A DNA stretch of 64,000 nucleotides from NCBI GenBank assembly GCA_030704615.1, contig CM060733.1, forward strand, positions 16,678,001 to 16,742,000. The letters run 5' to 3'. Origin of the DNA: Takakia lepidozioides (taxonomy: Eukaryota > Plantae > Bryophyta). Made by a program: the position numbers and the translations under genes. Under the pieces are notes generated by a model. It saw only the letters and a program-made list of their open reading frames with translations, was not told the origin of the DNA and ran no database searches. Of the stretch, positions 13,139-25,909 are shown in pieces. Position 1 is the first letter of the stretch, and each line of letters opens with the position of its first letter.

Positions 13139-15269
13139 ACCTGTCATCTCAGGTGTTCTGTCTACAGGGGTGATTAATTGGAAGTCCTCCGCATAGGCGA
13201 GGGGAACTCATTTTTGTTGGGGAGCCTCTTCAATGCTGTTTGTGCACGCCGTTGCAGGGGGCCGGATTCTCCTTTGCAGAGATTCCTCAATTTGGCTCTG
13301 CCACTCCCATTTCACTACCATCAATTCCCTCCTCCTGCAATCTCAATTTGAAAGGTTCAGCCGCACATCCTTTGGCAGAGAAGACAGTTGACATTTTGTG
13401 TGAACTCATAGATTCCACAACATGATGAAAAGTTACACTCAACAGCAAACCATTTAAAAGCCATCACGATGCTTCCCATCATAACTAGAATCTTTTCAAC
13501 AAGACACTGAGAGAAATGACCAAAATCGACTCAAACAACGACATCCTGGAAAACGACCTGTCTCTACAGTTCGTGTGTGTGTGAGGAATCGGAGGACGTA
13601 CGTGGAATTTCAATTTTCACGATTGACGACGTTGTGATCTTGGGCATATGGTTGAATGTGTATGAAATGTGTGCATTGAAGTGTGAACAACCTGACTACA
13701 AGGCCAGAACCTGCGCCACTTGTCTTAGGCCATCTCCAAATCACGTTTCGGCGGACAATCCCGTTCCGTTGCCGTGAAATTGCACCGTGGCGGGAAGGGA
13801 GTCCATTTGTGTGGGTCTATCACCATGGCGGGAAGGGGGGCATGTTAAAAATGGAGCATCGCCCTGCCACTTCACTCATTTGCTATTTGCAGCTTCTTCC
13901 ACCATCTTTCTTACTTAATTCTGATTCTTGCAATGCTGCCCTTGAGACGGCAACTGCAAGTGACCGGATCCTTTGATCGTCGCATTCAAAGACACTTACG
14001 TGTAGCAGATCGCAGACCCCCAAATGCCTGGAGAGAAAGCCAGAGGGCAGTGAATGCATGCACGGTTGTTTTGCACTGGTTGGGACGGAGTGGGGTGCAG
14101 AGGAGGCGTGTTGTGCCCGAGTTCGCATGCCTAGCATCCTGCAGCCGGCGGCTTTTGCACGTTGGGCAGCAGTACCCTCTGCTGTATGATTACCATTTGT
14201 GGTACAGACTCACCGGCCTCCCCTGTCCACTTGGGTCTTGGGACAACGACTTATGGAGTATGTAGACAGAGTTGCACGTCGCGTAGGTACACCAAAATCT
14301 CCCATGTAACATAAACCCATTTCTCATTCATGCTTGCATGTGATCCATTGGGTAATTTCCATGTTCTCCCAGCTGATGTGGGTTCGCAAATTCTCGGTGT
14401 GTAGGTGTGTGTGTGAGGACCTCAACCTGGCATGGTGCGATGGGTGTCGAATGGACCCTTCTCTGCGATGGGAGAACCACTACAGTTGAGTTTGTTTTTG
14501 GTGAATCATTTGGCAGAGCACTGTGTTCACTTCTCACACATCATGCGCATTTTCTCCAAGAATGCATGTAAAGCGGAGCCATACACGGCATCATTGCAGT
14601 GTGTTTCCTTCGCCTAATTTTGAACGGAAAAAAGTTAACGGATCCATGTCAGTTGTGTGAATCACTACATCTAGTTGTCTGGAGGATTGTAAGTGGTTTA
14701 GGTCGAAAAGGCCATAGTGTCGGATGCACGACACGTGTTCATATTTGAAATCAACAACGGCCGGATCTTCACTACAGATCGGGGGGGTGTGTGATCACAC
14801 TCCCCTCCTTGTCCTTCTTTCCTCCTTTGCATGTCTTGGTCTTCCTGCTCGTCTTTGTCTTGGTCATGGTCTATGTCCTCGCTCGTCTTCATCTTTGTCA
14901 TGGTCTATGTCCACGCCTAGTAAGAAGCGGTCGACCGCCGAGGCAGCATCACCTCCTCCCACTTCTGCACATTCCAGCCCCGCGGTGCGAAGGAGCCCCC
15001 GCCTGGCTCGACTGAATCCGGTACAGATGGCGTCAGTGCGAGAGGGAAGGCAGTGCGGTGGGCGGTCTTCGAGTTCGGATTTTGACACAAGCGAGTATAG
15101 CATGGGCGACGACGATGAGGTGGAGGACAGTTCGGAGGAAATTGCACCTCCATCTGCAGAGTCTCTCCAAAAGGTGCGCAAACAGCACAAAACCGCTGCG
15201 CATGAGGTGACTTCTACCCCTACTTGTGTTCTTGTTTTCTGGGCGTTGAGTTCTCCTGAAACTGAAACT

Positions 15270-16405
15270 GGGATGCACATATCCACAAAGTTGTTCAAAC
15301 GGATGTCGTAGTATACAGGGCAGTAGAAGAAGAAGTGTTCTTCAGTTTCAATTTCCTTGATGCGCCCTATGCAAGCTGGACATAGGCGGTCCTCCCGTTG
15401 CAGGTTTTCCCATCTGCCAGTCTTTATCCGTAGGTTGTGGGAACCCACCCTGAACCGCCCCAATGCCCTCAAGAGGGAAGGAGGTAAGGGTGCTGAAAGG
15501 TAATTTGGTCCGAAGATTATATCATCGCGGAGCACCAAGAATGTCTCTCGATAGAAGTGGAGCTTTGTTGTGAGATTGGGTAGCATCCAAGTTCTCTTGA
15601 CATGTAATTCCATAAGCTCTCTCCGAATGAGTCTGTTGCGGTCATGTCTAGATGTGATGTCCACCTCATGTGGGTTCATTGGTAATAGGAAAACAGTAGA
15701 AAGTCCGTTACGTTTCAATAAACTGTCCACTCTAGCATACCAGGAGTTCCCGAAACCTGCAGCTTTGAGCCTCATAGATGTTGTGAGGGCCCTTGCCACT
15801 AGCCCTTTGGGTGGAAGGGCCTGCAATCTATGGAGAAAGATTGTAAGCCTGAACTGTGCCTCGGATTACAATGGTACACATGCGAACGCTGCACCTAGGA
15901 TCTGAGATGGAGTTGTGCTCCTGGCGCCAAGCATTGCTTGGAGAAAAGATGACTGTAATGGTTCCAAATTCTTTTCCCACCAGGAGACAGGGACAGCAGG
16001 TGCCCAAAACTCACAACCATTGATGGTAGCAGGGCTGACAACGGTGTCAAACAACCACTTTTTGGTCGGGGGATGCCGCAGATGTATTTGCTTGCATTTG
16101 GCGTGAAGGCGGACGGAGGCCGCCTTACCTTTAGTCAATCTGTCCAAGGCAGTGGCTGCAAAGTGAAACTTGGGGGAGTGGATAACCAGACCTAGGTACC
16201 GGTATGATTTGACAATCTCAATTTCCTGCTGGTTGAAGATGAATCTACGATCAGCCTGGCCATTGAAGACCATGATCTTGGTCTTGCTGAGATTGACTTG
16301 CATCCCATAGTCTTTGCAGAATTGTTCCAAAATTTTGATATGGCGTTGCAGAAAGACCGGAGATTGTACCAAAAGGGCAACATCATCAGCGTAGAGGAGA
16401 TCTGA
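15270..16405 (-). mobile_element. 5'-truncated LINE (RT C-terminal half plus CCHC finger; RTE-X/L2-like) inserted in an intron
   Basis: LLYADDVAL, VNLSKTKIMVF, YRYLG, RFRVGSHNLRIKTGRW, RLCPAC..ETEEHFFFYC. Frameshift near 15860. Confidence 0.88.
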
Positions 16406-18804
16406 TTGGGCAGAAAATGAAGTTAGGCAGAAAACATCCCTGAACATGTTTTCAATTTGTGTCATGGGGGAGGACATCGTGGAAAAACCTTCGGGTCTAC
16501 CACTGTGTGCAGAGGGACTAGTTTTTAGGTCAAGGAAATGTTGCTTTGTCACGTCATTGCACCTGCGTTGGAGTACGCATTTGCTATATGCGTTGATAAC
16601 TCCAACGAGGCTAGGTCTGCAATATCCTTTCAATTGAATTGTGTCTGCACCTGTGTTTACCAACATTGAGAGTCTTTAGGCCTTTTGGGGCTCCGTTGCT
16701 GGGCTCCGCCATACAGCCATTTGCTGATTGTGTGAATAGATGTCCACTGGATATGTGCAAAACCCGGATGGATGTTCTGTTTCCTGGTAAGTTTCATGTG
16801 GTACTGATGTGAACCCGCCCACATTCTGTTTCTTCACCAATGAATGGGCTTACATGTTATGAGGACATTCTGTCCCTCTCCTTTTCAGTTTTTGGCACTT
16901 TGCGCTGCAGGGGAGTGGGTTTGAGGTCAGCCAATCCATAGTTGTGGTTGTGGGATGGTTTGTGTCTGGTGACGTTGTGTTCAGTAGGACTACAGCTGAT
17001 GCACCTTGTGTGTGGGATGTTTTTGGCAGCGGAAGGGGAGTGAAGCTGCAGCAAAGCACTCGCAGCCACCACACAATGCCAACCAACACCAACCTTGGCA
17101 CCCACCCCCTGCCGGATGGTCTCCACAACATAGTGCACCATGGGGAGCCCCCCCTGCTTCGGGGTCGTGGCACTGGCTTCCTGATGTTGCCACGTCACAA
17201 TAGGGGCCTCCCACATCTCCATACGGCCCTCCCCCCTCCGGCACACATCAGTCACCCCCCACAACGTATGACGGCGCTGCTCCAGAGCATGGGGGCAGGA
17301 AACGGACATCAGAGCTGAGGAAGGAACGACGTCATGCCATGAAACAATGGGAAGGAGATGGAGAGGGAAGGGTGGCTGCAAGGCTAAAGCGCCACAAGGT
17401 GGAGGTGCATGGAAATGGAGTCATCAATGCTGGCTGCGAAGGTAAGGAACACTGGCAGCGTGATTTGCATGGCCTGGCATTGCGTTACCTTGACTCAAGC
17501 GTACAAGACATTGACCAGTAGTCCCAGAGTGCCATGTCAACAGTAATAGAGGGCATAAATGGAATGTACGAGTACACACCTATCCCTGCCAATCGTGATT
17601 TTATAGTGAAGCAATGTGGGAAGATAATGAAAGGAGAAAGAGCAAAACTGAAAGATAAATGGGCGAAGACTGGTGTGAGGCCAATGAACACTGAACCCGC
17701 CTATTGGGATAAGCTTGTTGCCTACTGGGAGTCCCCTCGTGGACTTGCAAAGGCTGAAGGGATGAAGCAAGCGCGTGCTTGTGTCACGAACCCCTCGCGT
17801 TGGGGCCGGGCAGGAGTTGCAGGCCAAGCAGCCCGTTTGGTAATCTCCCTCACCCCCTTCTCATTGCTCTTACGTTGTGGCATGTTCTGATGGAAGAGAC
17901 ACCCACGAGTGGGTTTTATTGCTTGTGCAGAATTAGTTGTTATGTGATATGCAGGGCAGTGCTTTGTCCATATGCTCCTGGCATTTTGTACTGACAGTGT
18001 GTGGATGGGCAAATACAGAAAAGACACAAAGCGCGGAGCCCGTCACTGTCTGAGCTCGGGGCGGAGTGCAAGAATGCTGCGACTGGCACCCCATCAGAGT
18101 CTGTTTTGAGCCAGATATGTTTTGAAGTCCAGTTTCCATTCATGAATCTGTTGTTGTACTAAGATTTGGTGGGTATGTGGGGCCCCCACGCATGGTACAC
18201 GAGGGGTGTTATGCCAAACCTAGCCATCTCCGAATGCCTAAAATCCTGCACATTCGGCCTCTTCTTCTGGTTTTTAACTGTACGGGTGGGTGTTTGTATG
18301 CGTAGGGAGCGGGGAACTCAATGGCAGCCCGCATCGGGGCCTTGGAGAGGCTTGCGGCTCTCTCTGCGGAGCGGGAGAGGGGAATGGAAGCACAACTGAA
18401 GAAGATAGTGGAACTCATGATGGGGCAAAAAGGGGGTGTGACGGGTGGCATTATGGAAGACCCCCCTGCTGCGACCATTGTACCTAACAAGGAGGAAGTA
18501 ATTGTAGTGGGTAGGGATGTGACAGAGGTCCGGGCTGTTGTTGATGATATTCACAATGGGGGGCAGGGTCCACTCGTTGAAGAGGGAGAGGTCCAGCAAG
18601 TTGGTGGGGATGACATGGACGATGGGGGGGTCATTGCTCATGATGGGGGAAAAGGGGAAGCTGTAGGGGGAGAGGGTGGTAGTTTGCCTGGTCCAGGCTG
18701 CAGGGGGACCGAAACTTTGCCCTCCAGGGTGACTGTTGTCTCCCAACCCACTGAGGTGAGACCCCGTGACACCCCTTCAAAAGCTCCTTTCATAGAAAAG
18801 TCGA

Positions 18805-19330
18805 AACTAATTGTTCTAGACCTGAACGGGATCCTGTGCCACTCTATTCCTAACTTTCAGCCCAACCCGAGGCGTCATTGGCCATGGGTGTTGACCACCA
18901 ACAAGTATGTTTTCCCAAGGCCCCAGGTCTGCGAGTTTTTAAACCTTCTCTTCCGGTATTTCTACGTTGGGATATGGTCCTGTGCTTCCGAGGGGAATGT
19001 TGCAGACATCTTCAAAGTGGTCATGCAGGGGGTCAAGGGTTCTCCCCTCTTTGTGTGGTCACAAGAGGAGTGTGACCCCTTGACAGAGCCACACCCCAAA
19101 AAAGGGCCTGCCGTATAGAACTTACAGAAGAGACTGTCGAGGGTGTGGTCGGAATTTTCTGGATTTAACGAATCCAACACCCTCCTAGTGGATGATTCAC
19201 CACACAAGGGGAGGGGGAACTCCCCTTTGAACATGGTCCATCCATTGTTGTTTGATGTCACTGGCAATGTCAGTGAGAGGCCCGATTAAGACTACCTTTT
19301 AGAAACAGTCTGGCCCTACTGCCAAGATTT
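18805..19330 (+). pseudogene. FCP1/NIF (HAD-fold CTD phosphatase-like) domain
   Basis: KLIVLDLNGILCH, VFPRPQVCEFL, VGIWSCA, PLFVWSQEEC, then after an in-frame TAG (19116) KRLSRVW..NTLLVDDSPHKG..NMVHP. Confidence 0.8.
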
Positions 19331-21597
19331 GTTTTGCTCCAAGGATGTGCGTGTCTTCACAAGCACGCGGAAGCTGACCCCGACTGGCAGCTTGAATGTG
19401 GGAGAGGATGGGGTCGTTGGGGGAAGTACTTCTGCGCCCATGCAGGTGAAACTAACCTTACTGTTTGCAACATAACATCGAAGCCAAAGTCCATGTTTGT
19501 TTTGTTCCCCCCGGATGCCCTCTCACGCAAGGCTGGCACTATATGTTTTGCAGGGACCACATGTACAGGGAGTGGCAGTGGGGTCGAATGTGAAGAAGGT
19601 GGGTCCTACGCCTACGACCATAGTGCTACGGCGGCAGCATTCCCGATTTCCCCCCCCGGCATGAGGAGGCAGCGCCCAAGGTTGTTCCCAGCCCCTCTCC
19701 GCAAACCTATTTGGTTGGTTTCCTTTATGGATACACTTCCTGAAGCGTTGCAATGTGTATTCATTGCAGGTGAGCAAGAGGAGTGGGCTGTCCCCGGCAC
19801 CATCATCGCAGCAGGACGTGGTTCCCCAGGCATGCATTCATGGCTCCTTGCTTTGCCTGGCTGGTTTTTAGTAGGGTTATTTTTGCCAGAAGTTGTAGTG
19901 CTAGGGTCTGAGCAGGGTGTTTGTTAGCTTGCTCCGTGGAGGTGTGTTTATACCATTGCAACCACCAGAGTTCATGTTATTCTTATCCGTCTGACTAAAC
20001 CTCTTTTTGCTGCTGCAGTTGAAGACACGTGGGCAGCTTTTCTCAGTTGCCACCCTCAGCGACGAGCTTCGCTTCAAGGTACGTTGGTACACCGTGAATT
20101 GGCTGCTGATTCAGTATTGTGGCAACCAAGATCGTTTCCATGCCCAGCTGCGCTTGACTTTCACCCTGTCATTGCTATGTTTGTTGCTGAGTGGACCCTG
20201 ATGTTGGTGTCTGCAGATATCAGATCCTGTGTTTCTCCTGAACCCCCATGACAAGCGGTCAAAGACAGCCGCCGCCAAGGCGGAAGTGGTGGGAATAGCC
20301 GGGGTTGACAAGTTCCACTGCAAGGACATTCGATCCGGGTGGTACAAGGTGAAAGTCCACGAGATCATGCTTCCAAGTGTTACATTGCCTTGCCCAAATG
20401 TGGACGATGCCCCCCCACTAGCGCACGTGAAAGGCACGGCGACTCTGTGGCCAGAGAAGAGTATGAGGAAAGGTGAAAGTATCAAGTGACATTTCATGTT
20501 TGTAGTCCCTGTTGGGTGTGTAATGATACTCATAGAAGTGTGTATGATACTCACGTTACCAGTTTTGAACATTTGGGCCATGACAGTTTAAGTGATGTCC
20601 GGCAACCATGTATGTTGGCATTTAGTCTTGCTCATATGCAGGTGTGCCGTGACGGTCTCTAATTTGAATGTAATATCACATTTCCTGACTTGTCGTCGTG
20701 TCCGTCCACCTTCTATGTGTATGTGTGATGGTCTTTGGTCTCCCTGTTGCCTCGTCTATTTGGTTCATTAGCGTGATGTTGTGCATGCATCGTGGTCTGT
20801 GTTCTCAGTCTCGCCTAGTATCATTGCTTCTCAATTCCCCCTGCATATGGGTGAACCACTAAAACCAGTAGAATGCATCAGAACCATATTTTCAGCTTAG
20901 AATGCAGGTCAGTTGGAAACTCACACAAACCACTACAAGTGCTCATTTTTCGTGCTTTCCTACTGTAGTGCAACCAACTAGCACAGTGGCAGCGGAGTTG
21001 GCCAAAGCAGTCCCGAGATGGCACAGGCACTCTGCGTCTTTCCACTAGCAGTCGTACGCGTCACTGCCATTGCGTGGGGATGACGCCACGCGTCGACCCA
21101 CACACTCTCCACGTGGTCCCCGTGGATTCGTCTGCCGAAAGTTGTACAGTTGACTTCGCCAGTGGCTATTGCGACGTCACATGCAGCACTCCAAGTGATG
21201 TGGCCGACTACGATGTGGCGTCTTGGGGCCGTGGCCACGCGGCAGCATTGCCGCTCGTCGCGGCGCCGCCACATCGGCATCCACGTCCGCATCCACGTCC
21301 GCGTCCATGTGTCACCGCGCCCCGGGTGAGTCAGTCCACTCATCCGGAGGGAAAAGTCAAAGTCAGCCCAAAAGGTCAGACACACGGGCGGCCCGCCTGG
21401 TTACGCCACGTGGTTCTTCAGCATTAATCGCATTAATCGCTGAGCAGTTGTTCGCGCGTCTGCGTCCTTTACTACTCCAATCATTGGATGTCCAACCCAA
21501 CTACCACGTCTGTTGTAACTAGTCTGTTGTAACTTCCAGTCGATCCCTGTTTTTTGACTTTTACGACTCAAAATGAGTCGTTACCCCAGTGGTAAAT

Positions 21598-21616
21598 GAC
21601 ACGAATGCTTCTAGTG
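21598..21616 (+). mobile_element. CACTA-type terminal inverted repeat (right end, ...CTAGTG)
   Basis: GACACGAATGCTTCTAGTG followed by TAT TSD. Matches 65-83. Confidence 0.8.
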
Positions 21617-22180
21617 TATTTTGAGGGTTCGAGAGGTATTGCCCTCAGGAGTCCTGATCTTGGAGGGTTGGGATGGCATGATTTGGAAGGACCATGTGCG
21701 TAATTGCACGCCATGTCACCTTCCAAATGTTGTTGGAAGGGTTGACCCAAACCTGGTAGTGGCACCTGCAAGTTTGAGGTGCATGTTATGTGGGTCTGCT
21801 AGAGGGGCAGCCACCATGTTGGTGTGTGATCAATGCTCTAGAGGTTGGCATATGGGATGCTTGACTCAACCTCTTGAGATGGTTCTTGATGGGGATTGGT
21901 TATGTCCGCATTGCATTGGATAGTGGGAGTGGATACAACCATGGAAGGCTAACAAGAAATGCAAGGCCAAGCTACGAGGAGACCAACACACGAGATCCTG
22001 GCTCAAGTTCACAGATTGCAAGACGGCGACTAACGATGGGGCTGCTCTTATACCTGGCCTTTTGGTCTATAGAGTTTTGAGTACAATAGGGACAGTGATA
22101 GAGGACTTAGTACGGCTGTGGCTATTACATCTTGTAGCTATCTGGAGTTAGAGGGACCTAACCACCAGCTAAGGGGGCGA
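21617..22180 (+). mobile_element. 3' end of the Gypsy pol: integrase tail plus PHD finger, 3' UTR and PPT
   Basis: LRVREVLPSGVL..., then CMLC..MLVCDQCSRGWHMGCL..DWLCPHC (C4HC3 PHD) with stop at 21923. AAGGGGGCGA PPT at ~22171 followed by TGTGG (LTR start). Confidence 0.88.
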
Positions 22181-23385
22181 TTGTGGCAGACTACTTTATT
22201 GTGTATATATGTGTGGTGTGGTTTGGACAGCGATGTAGTTGTGTAGCGATACATATGCGCACGACAGCTGTCAAGTTAAATAAACACAGTGTGAAACTAA
22301 CTAGAATAAATCTAATTATTTGTATTTAACACTAACCATATTTTTAGCCAATAACCATATTGTTAATAGTTGAGTTATTGAAGGGGAAAAAAAGAGTTAA
22401 ATCTAAAAGGGTGTCGCCTCAGGCGTCAACCATGACCAAGATGAAAAATGAAGCATGGGAACAATTGCATGGCGGCTCTTGTTGCTCAGGGCTACTCAGA
22501 TATCAGATGGCTGGCAGAAAAGATGGGTGTACCCTTTCTTTTCTGCCTTTCTCGACTGGGGACATTATGCTTAGTTATTTTGTGACACTGTCAAGGAATA
22601 GATTTGTGGGGATGAGACTGGGGTCAAGTAAAAAACTTGAAGACATTTTGTCCTCCATGACTCAACTTGATATCCCTTTCCAACTCTGTTGCTTGTTGCC
22701 TACTCTCAAAATACTTAGGTCCATGATCAACAAAGTTGTCAAAGTTAATATAGCACTCCGGATCACAACTATCTAGAGAGCTGTCAGATTTCTCAGACCT
22801 TGGCGACCACGCATCTGCCTCATTTAGATTAGCATAGTCATTACTACCAGGAGAACCCAACGAAACAACAAGGGCTGGAATGCAAGCAGTAGGCTCAGGA
22901 AGTGGCGACGCTGGCAAGGTAACATTGTCAGGCCGCGCGCCGTTAGTTGTGTCAGCAACAGCAAGAACATCAGCAGGGTGAGAAACGATAGGGTTGGCTT
23001 CAACAACGGGAGGAGCAACAATAACAACACCAGCAGAACAGGAAGTGGCAGCAGGGTTAGTCTCCACACTAGGATTAGCTTCAACAGTAAGCGCCACACT
23101 AATCTGAAAAATAGGCTCTCCCCATCTCTGCGAGCTACACAAGACAAGTCATGAACGGCAGCCATCCCTTGCAATCACACCCCAACACGCAACGTAAGAC
23201 GACAATATCGCAACAGCAGGAGAAAATATGGCAAGGCGAAGATCCGCCATTGATAACACGCATTAGCAAACCACTTAGGCAGCAGGATGTAGAGCAGATC
23301 CCGTGAAAAGACCTAACTGACCCTGACATCACGTGCAAGATCCACCAACGCCTATGGTACCCGGCTTCTCTCCACCATAAAACAA

Positions 23386-23832
23386 GCCTGAAGCATATAC
23401 TCATTTCCTCTCAAGAAGCAAGATTTCACAACAAAGGGGCGAGCGGAAAGAGCAGACAACGCGCGAGAAGAAAATCAAACACACGGATCTGACACAAAGC
23501 AGCTCTCATCCAAAGCTTGTACACTCACTTCACATATACACTAACACCCGAGTACACTGCCCTGACCTTGTGTCAGGGCGCCGTCTTTCTACAAAAGACC
23601 TAGCTTCAGTTGTCCGCCGCGTGGCGAGGCGTCACAAGTCAAAACCCACGGCGCCGTTTAATCACCCTAGATCAGATGAAGGGCCAGGATGTGGCCACGA
23701 GCCAAAACTAACCCTAACCTAGATATCATTGTAACGGTTTAATGACATTATATGCCAAAAAAATATACTATGGATGTCGCCGTTTTGGATGAAACGGGCC
23801 ATTTCTAGTCTAGGAAAGTATGGGCCATCACA
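23386..23832 (-). repeat. LTR-like dispersed repeat, copy 1 (may extend to ~22581)
   Basis: ~440 bp, high identity, reverse complement of 37383-37824. Begins TGTGATGG. Possible TCACA end at 22581 (minus strand). Confidence 0.8.
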
Positions 23833-24382
23833 GGCCGCGACATAGGAGACGTACTTGCATACATAGGGGATTGCACTTGGGCTTAGATGACACTTGGACC
23901 AACGGCACATGCTACCCTAGTATGTATTAAAGAACAGGCGAATATTTCAGATATAGGGTTATCAACATAAATTCCATAACTAAAGATAATGAATGGTGTA
24001 TAGTTATTTATTTATTTTTATTTTTTAAATTAAGGAAAGGGAACGGATAGTGCATTGAGTGCCACCCAGATGATTGGGGGGTCAAATCCTGCTACCTTGA
24101 CGGTCCTGGTATGTTCTTTCCCCCTTGGGCTTCCTCTTGTATCCCCCTCTTTTTTAATGCAGAGCAATTCCGAGTCCCCTGTTTCACAAAAAAAAAAAAA
24201 GGACGGTTTCGATAACTTCAGCCTGGGCGCGAGGTAAGTATGTGTAAAGTAAATACGTAAACCGGGTTCAGTGGTTGTGAATACAGGTGGTAGGGAATCT
24301 GGGTAAGTACCTGCTTCCCAAAGTCATGACGTGACCGACTGCGGTCAGGTTGTTATGTATACACAGAAATAGAGACTTGTGG

Positions 24383-24590
24383 CGAGAGAGCATTTGGTTC
24401 CGTGTGTGCAAATTGGTCTTCAGGATTGGTCCCCAGAGAAAGTTGGAGGAAAAAGCTCACCCTTTGGACTTCCAGTCAAAAGTTCGAGCCTTTTTCTCCA
24501 CCTTCTCTTGCGACCAACACCGGGAAGAGGTTCTTCATTGATCGCAGCCTTCTACTTTACTTGTCGGTTGGCGGCATCCCTCTCTCTGTA
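24383..24590 (+). repeat. Diverged inverted copy of the core of the 25.0/52.9-kb repeat
   Basis: GGTCCCCAGAGAAAGTTGGAGGA..CCTTTGGACTT.CAGTCAAAAG..CGAGC is the reverse complement of 25525-25732. Confidence 0.8.
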
Positions 24591-25008
24591 CTTGTCGTAG
24601 AGGCAATTTGTGCGCATGCAAACATCTTGAGCACGCCATGTCATCCCTCTTGTGAAACCCTGACAAGGCTGGCAGGCCCCACAACAAGAGCTTGCCTCTA
24701 CTGCACTCTACCCGAGCCCTCGATCGTATTTGGAATTCCCTACCCGGGCCCTCGCTGCTTCGGCTCTCATCACTCATAAGTTACTTAACTTACAACAGCC
24801 TGTTCTGTAACTTGCTCCTCTTCCTCACGACGATGGAATCTGAGTGTGAGTGGTGGGAAAACTGCATTGAAGTTTTATATTCTATACAGAGATGCCAGTG
24901 TACACTGCACGAGTGTATTGAAGTTACAATATTAAATCACGTCGCCGGCCCACCATCATATGTTAAAGTGGGGCCCCTGACATTGAACCAACTTGACTCG
25001 TGTGTAGT

Positions 25009-25825
25009 AATTTCAATTGATGACTTATAAGACTACAAAAGTGTGAGAATCGTCTGGCAAACTAAGGAGTCGGTAGTCTGTACTAGTCACTGTGGCAGGT
25101 GTTGCGTACATACATCTGCTCAAACGCCTTTAGATCCGCCTCTAACTGTGGCACCCTTCATCACAAACTTTCCAAACGATTGTAATAAGATAGGTTTCAG
25201 ACTGGCGACCGGACAAACTGTTTGTCCCCAACTAGCGTTTTCACTACCGTATGTAGCGCTGACAAGATGCAGACGCCTTGTGGACAGAAACAGCGTTAAG
25301 TTATCAGACTAGGTAGCGCTGACAACATGTAGATACTAGATACGTAGCGGACAGGAATAGTCTGCCGCCCACTGCTTGGACGTTACCTACGTCCACAGAT
25401 GGGCCTGAATGATGTGCATACAGGTGAGATTGAAGCTATGTACTGGAACCCTCCTATCATTGTCATACCATGCTTGAGGGAATTCCTTAAAAAAGTTGGC
25501 GAAACGGCCTTGAGAAAGAGGGCCGAGCGAGAGAGATGCCGCCACCCGGAGTGAGCTTGAATGAGAGAACCTCTTCCCGGTGTGGGTCGCAAGAGAAGTT
25601 GGAGAAGGAAGCTCGACCCTTTGACTGCAAGTCCAAAGGTGGAGCTTGCTCCTCCAACTTTCTCTGGGGACCCATCCTGAAGACCGACACCTACATGGTT
25701 GCACGCACAGGGAAGCAAATGCTCTCCCGCGAGAAGTCTCGAAGGCAGAGGAAAATGACGGGAACGTCTTCCGCTTACCCGGACCGGCTCGCGGAGCCAA
25801 CGAATGAACACCGTCCACATGGCGG
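25009..25825. repeat. ~820-bp dispersed repeat, copy 1
   Basis: Near-identical direct copy at 52895-53733. Confidence 0.9.
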
Positions 25826-25909
25826 CCGGGCAGGATGAGGGCCCAAGTGTCGTGGACGTACGGGATACCGTACTCGGAAAGTTCTGTCTTTTGATGACGA
25901 ATGACGAAT

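Larger units (their letters stand above)
14908..20489 (+). mobile_element. CACTA/En-Spm TnpA-like spliced gene (pseudogene) with an internal FCP1-like domain
   Basis: 17340-17840: YWDKLVAYWES..KAEGMKQAR..NPSRWGRAG (Ptta/En/Spm Transposase_24-like). Last exon 20217-20489: AKAEVVG..KFH..GWYKVKVHEI..LPCPN..TLWPE, typical of CACTA TnpA C-termini. Several GT-AG junctions. Confidence 0.68.

Noticed and set aside
13140-14700. Continuation of the MULE N-terminus or a CACTA TnpD transposase
   Set aside because: No recognisable motifs. Left unassigned, as is 29400-30770.
14663-20970. CACTACA...TGTAGTG as the TIR pair of the FCP1-bearing element
   Set aside because: Only 7 bp match and the flanking trinucleotides differ (AAT vs CAA). 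20970 may be a real end but no partner is supported.
21575-21615. Helitron 3' end (hairpin plus CTAG|T)
   Set aside because: The matching 19-bp terminus at 65-83 and the TAT TSD that restores the integrase frame fit a CACTA end much better.
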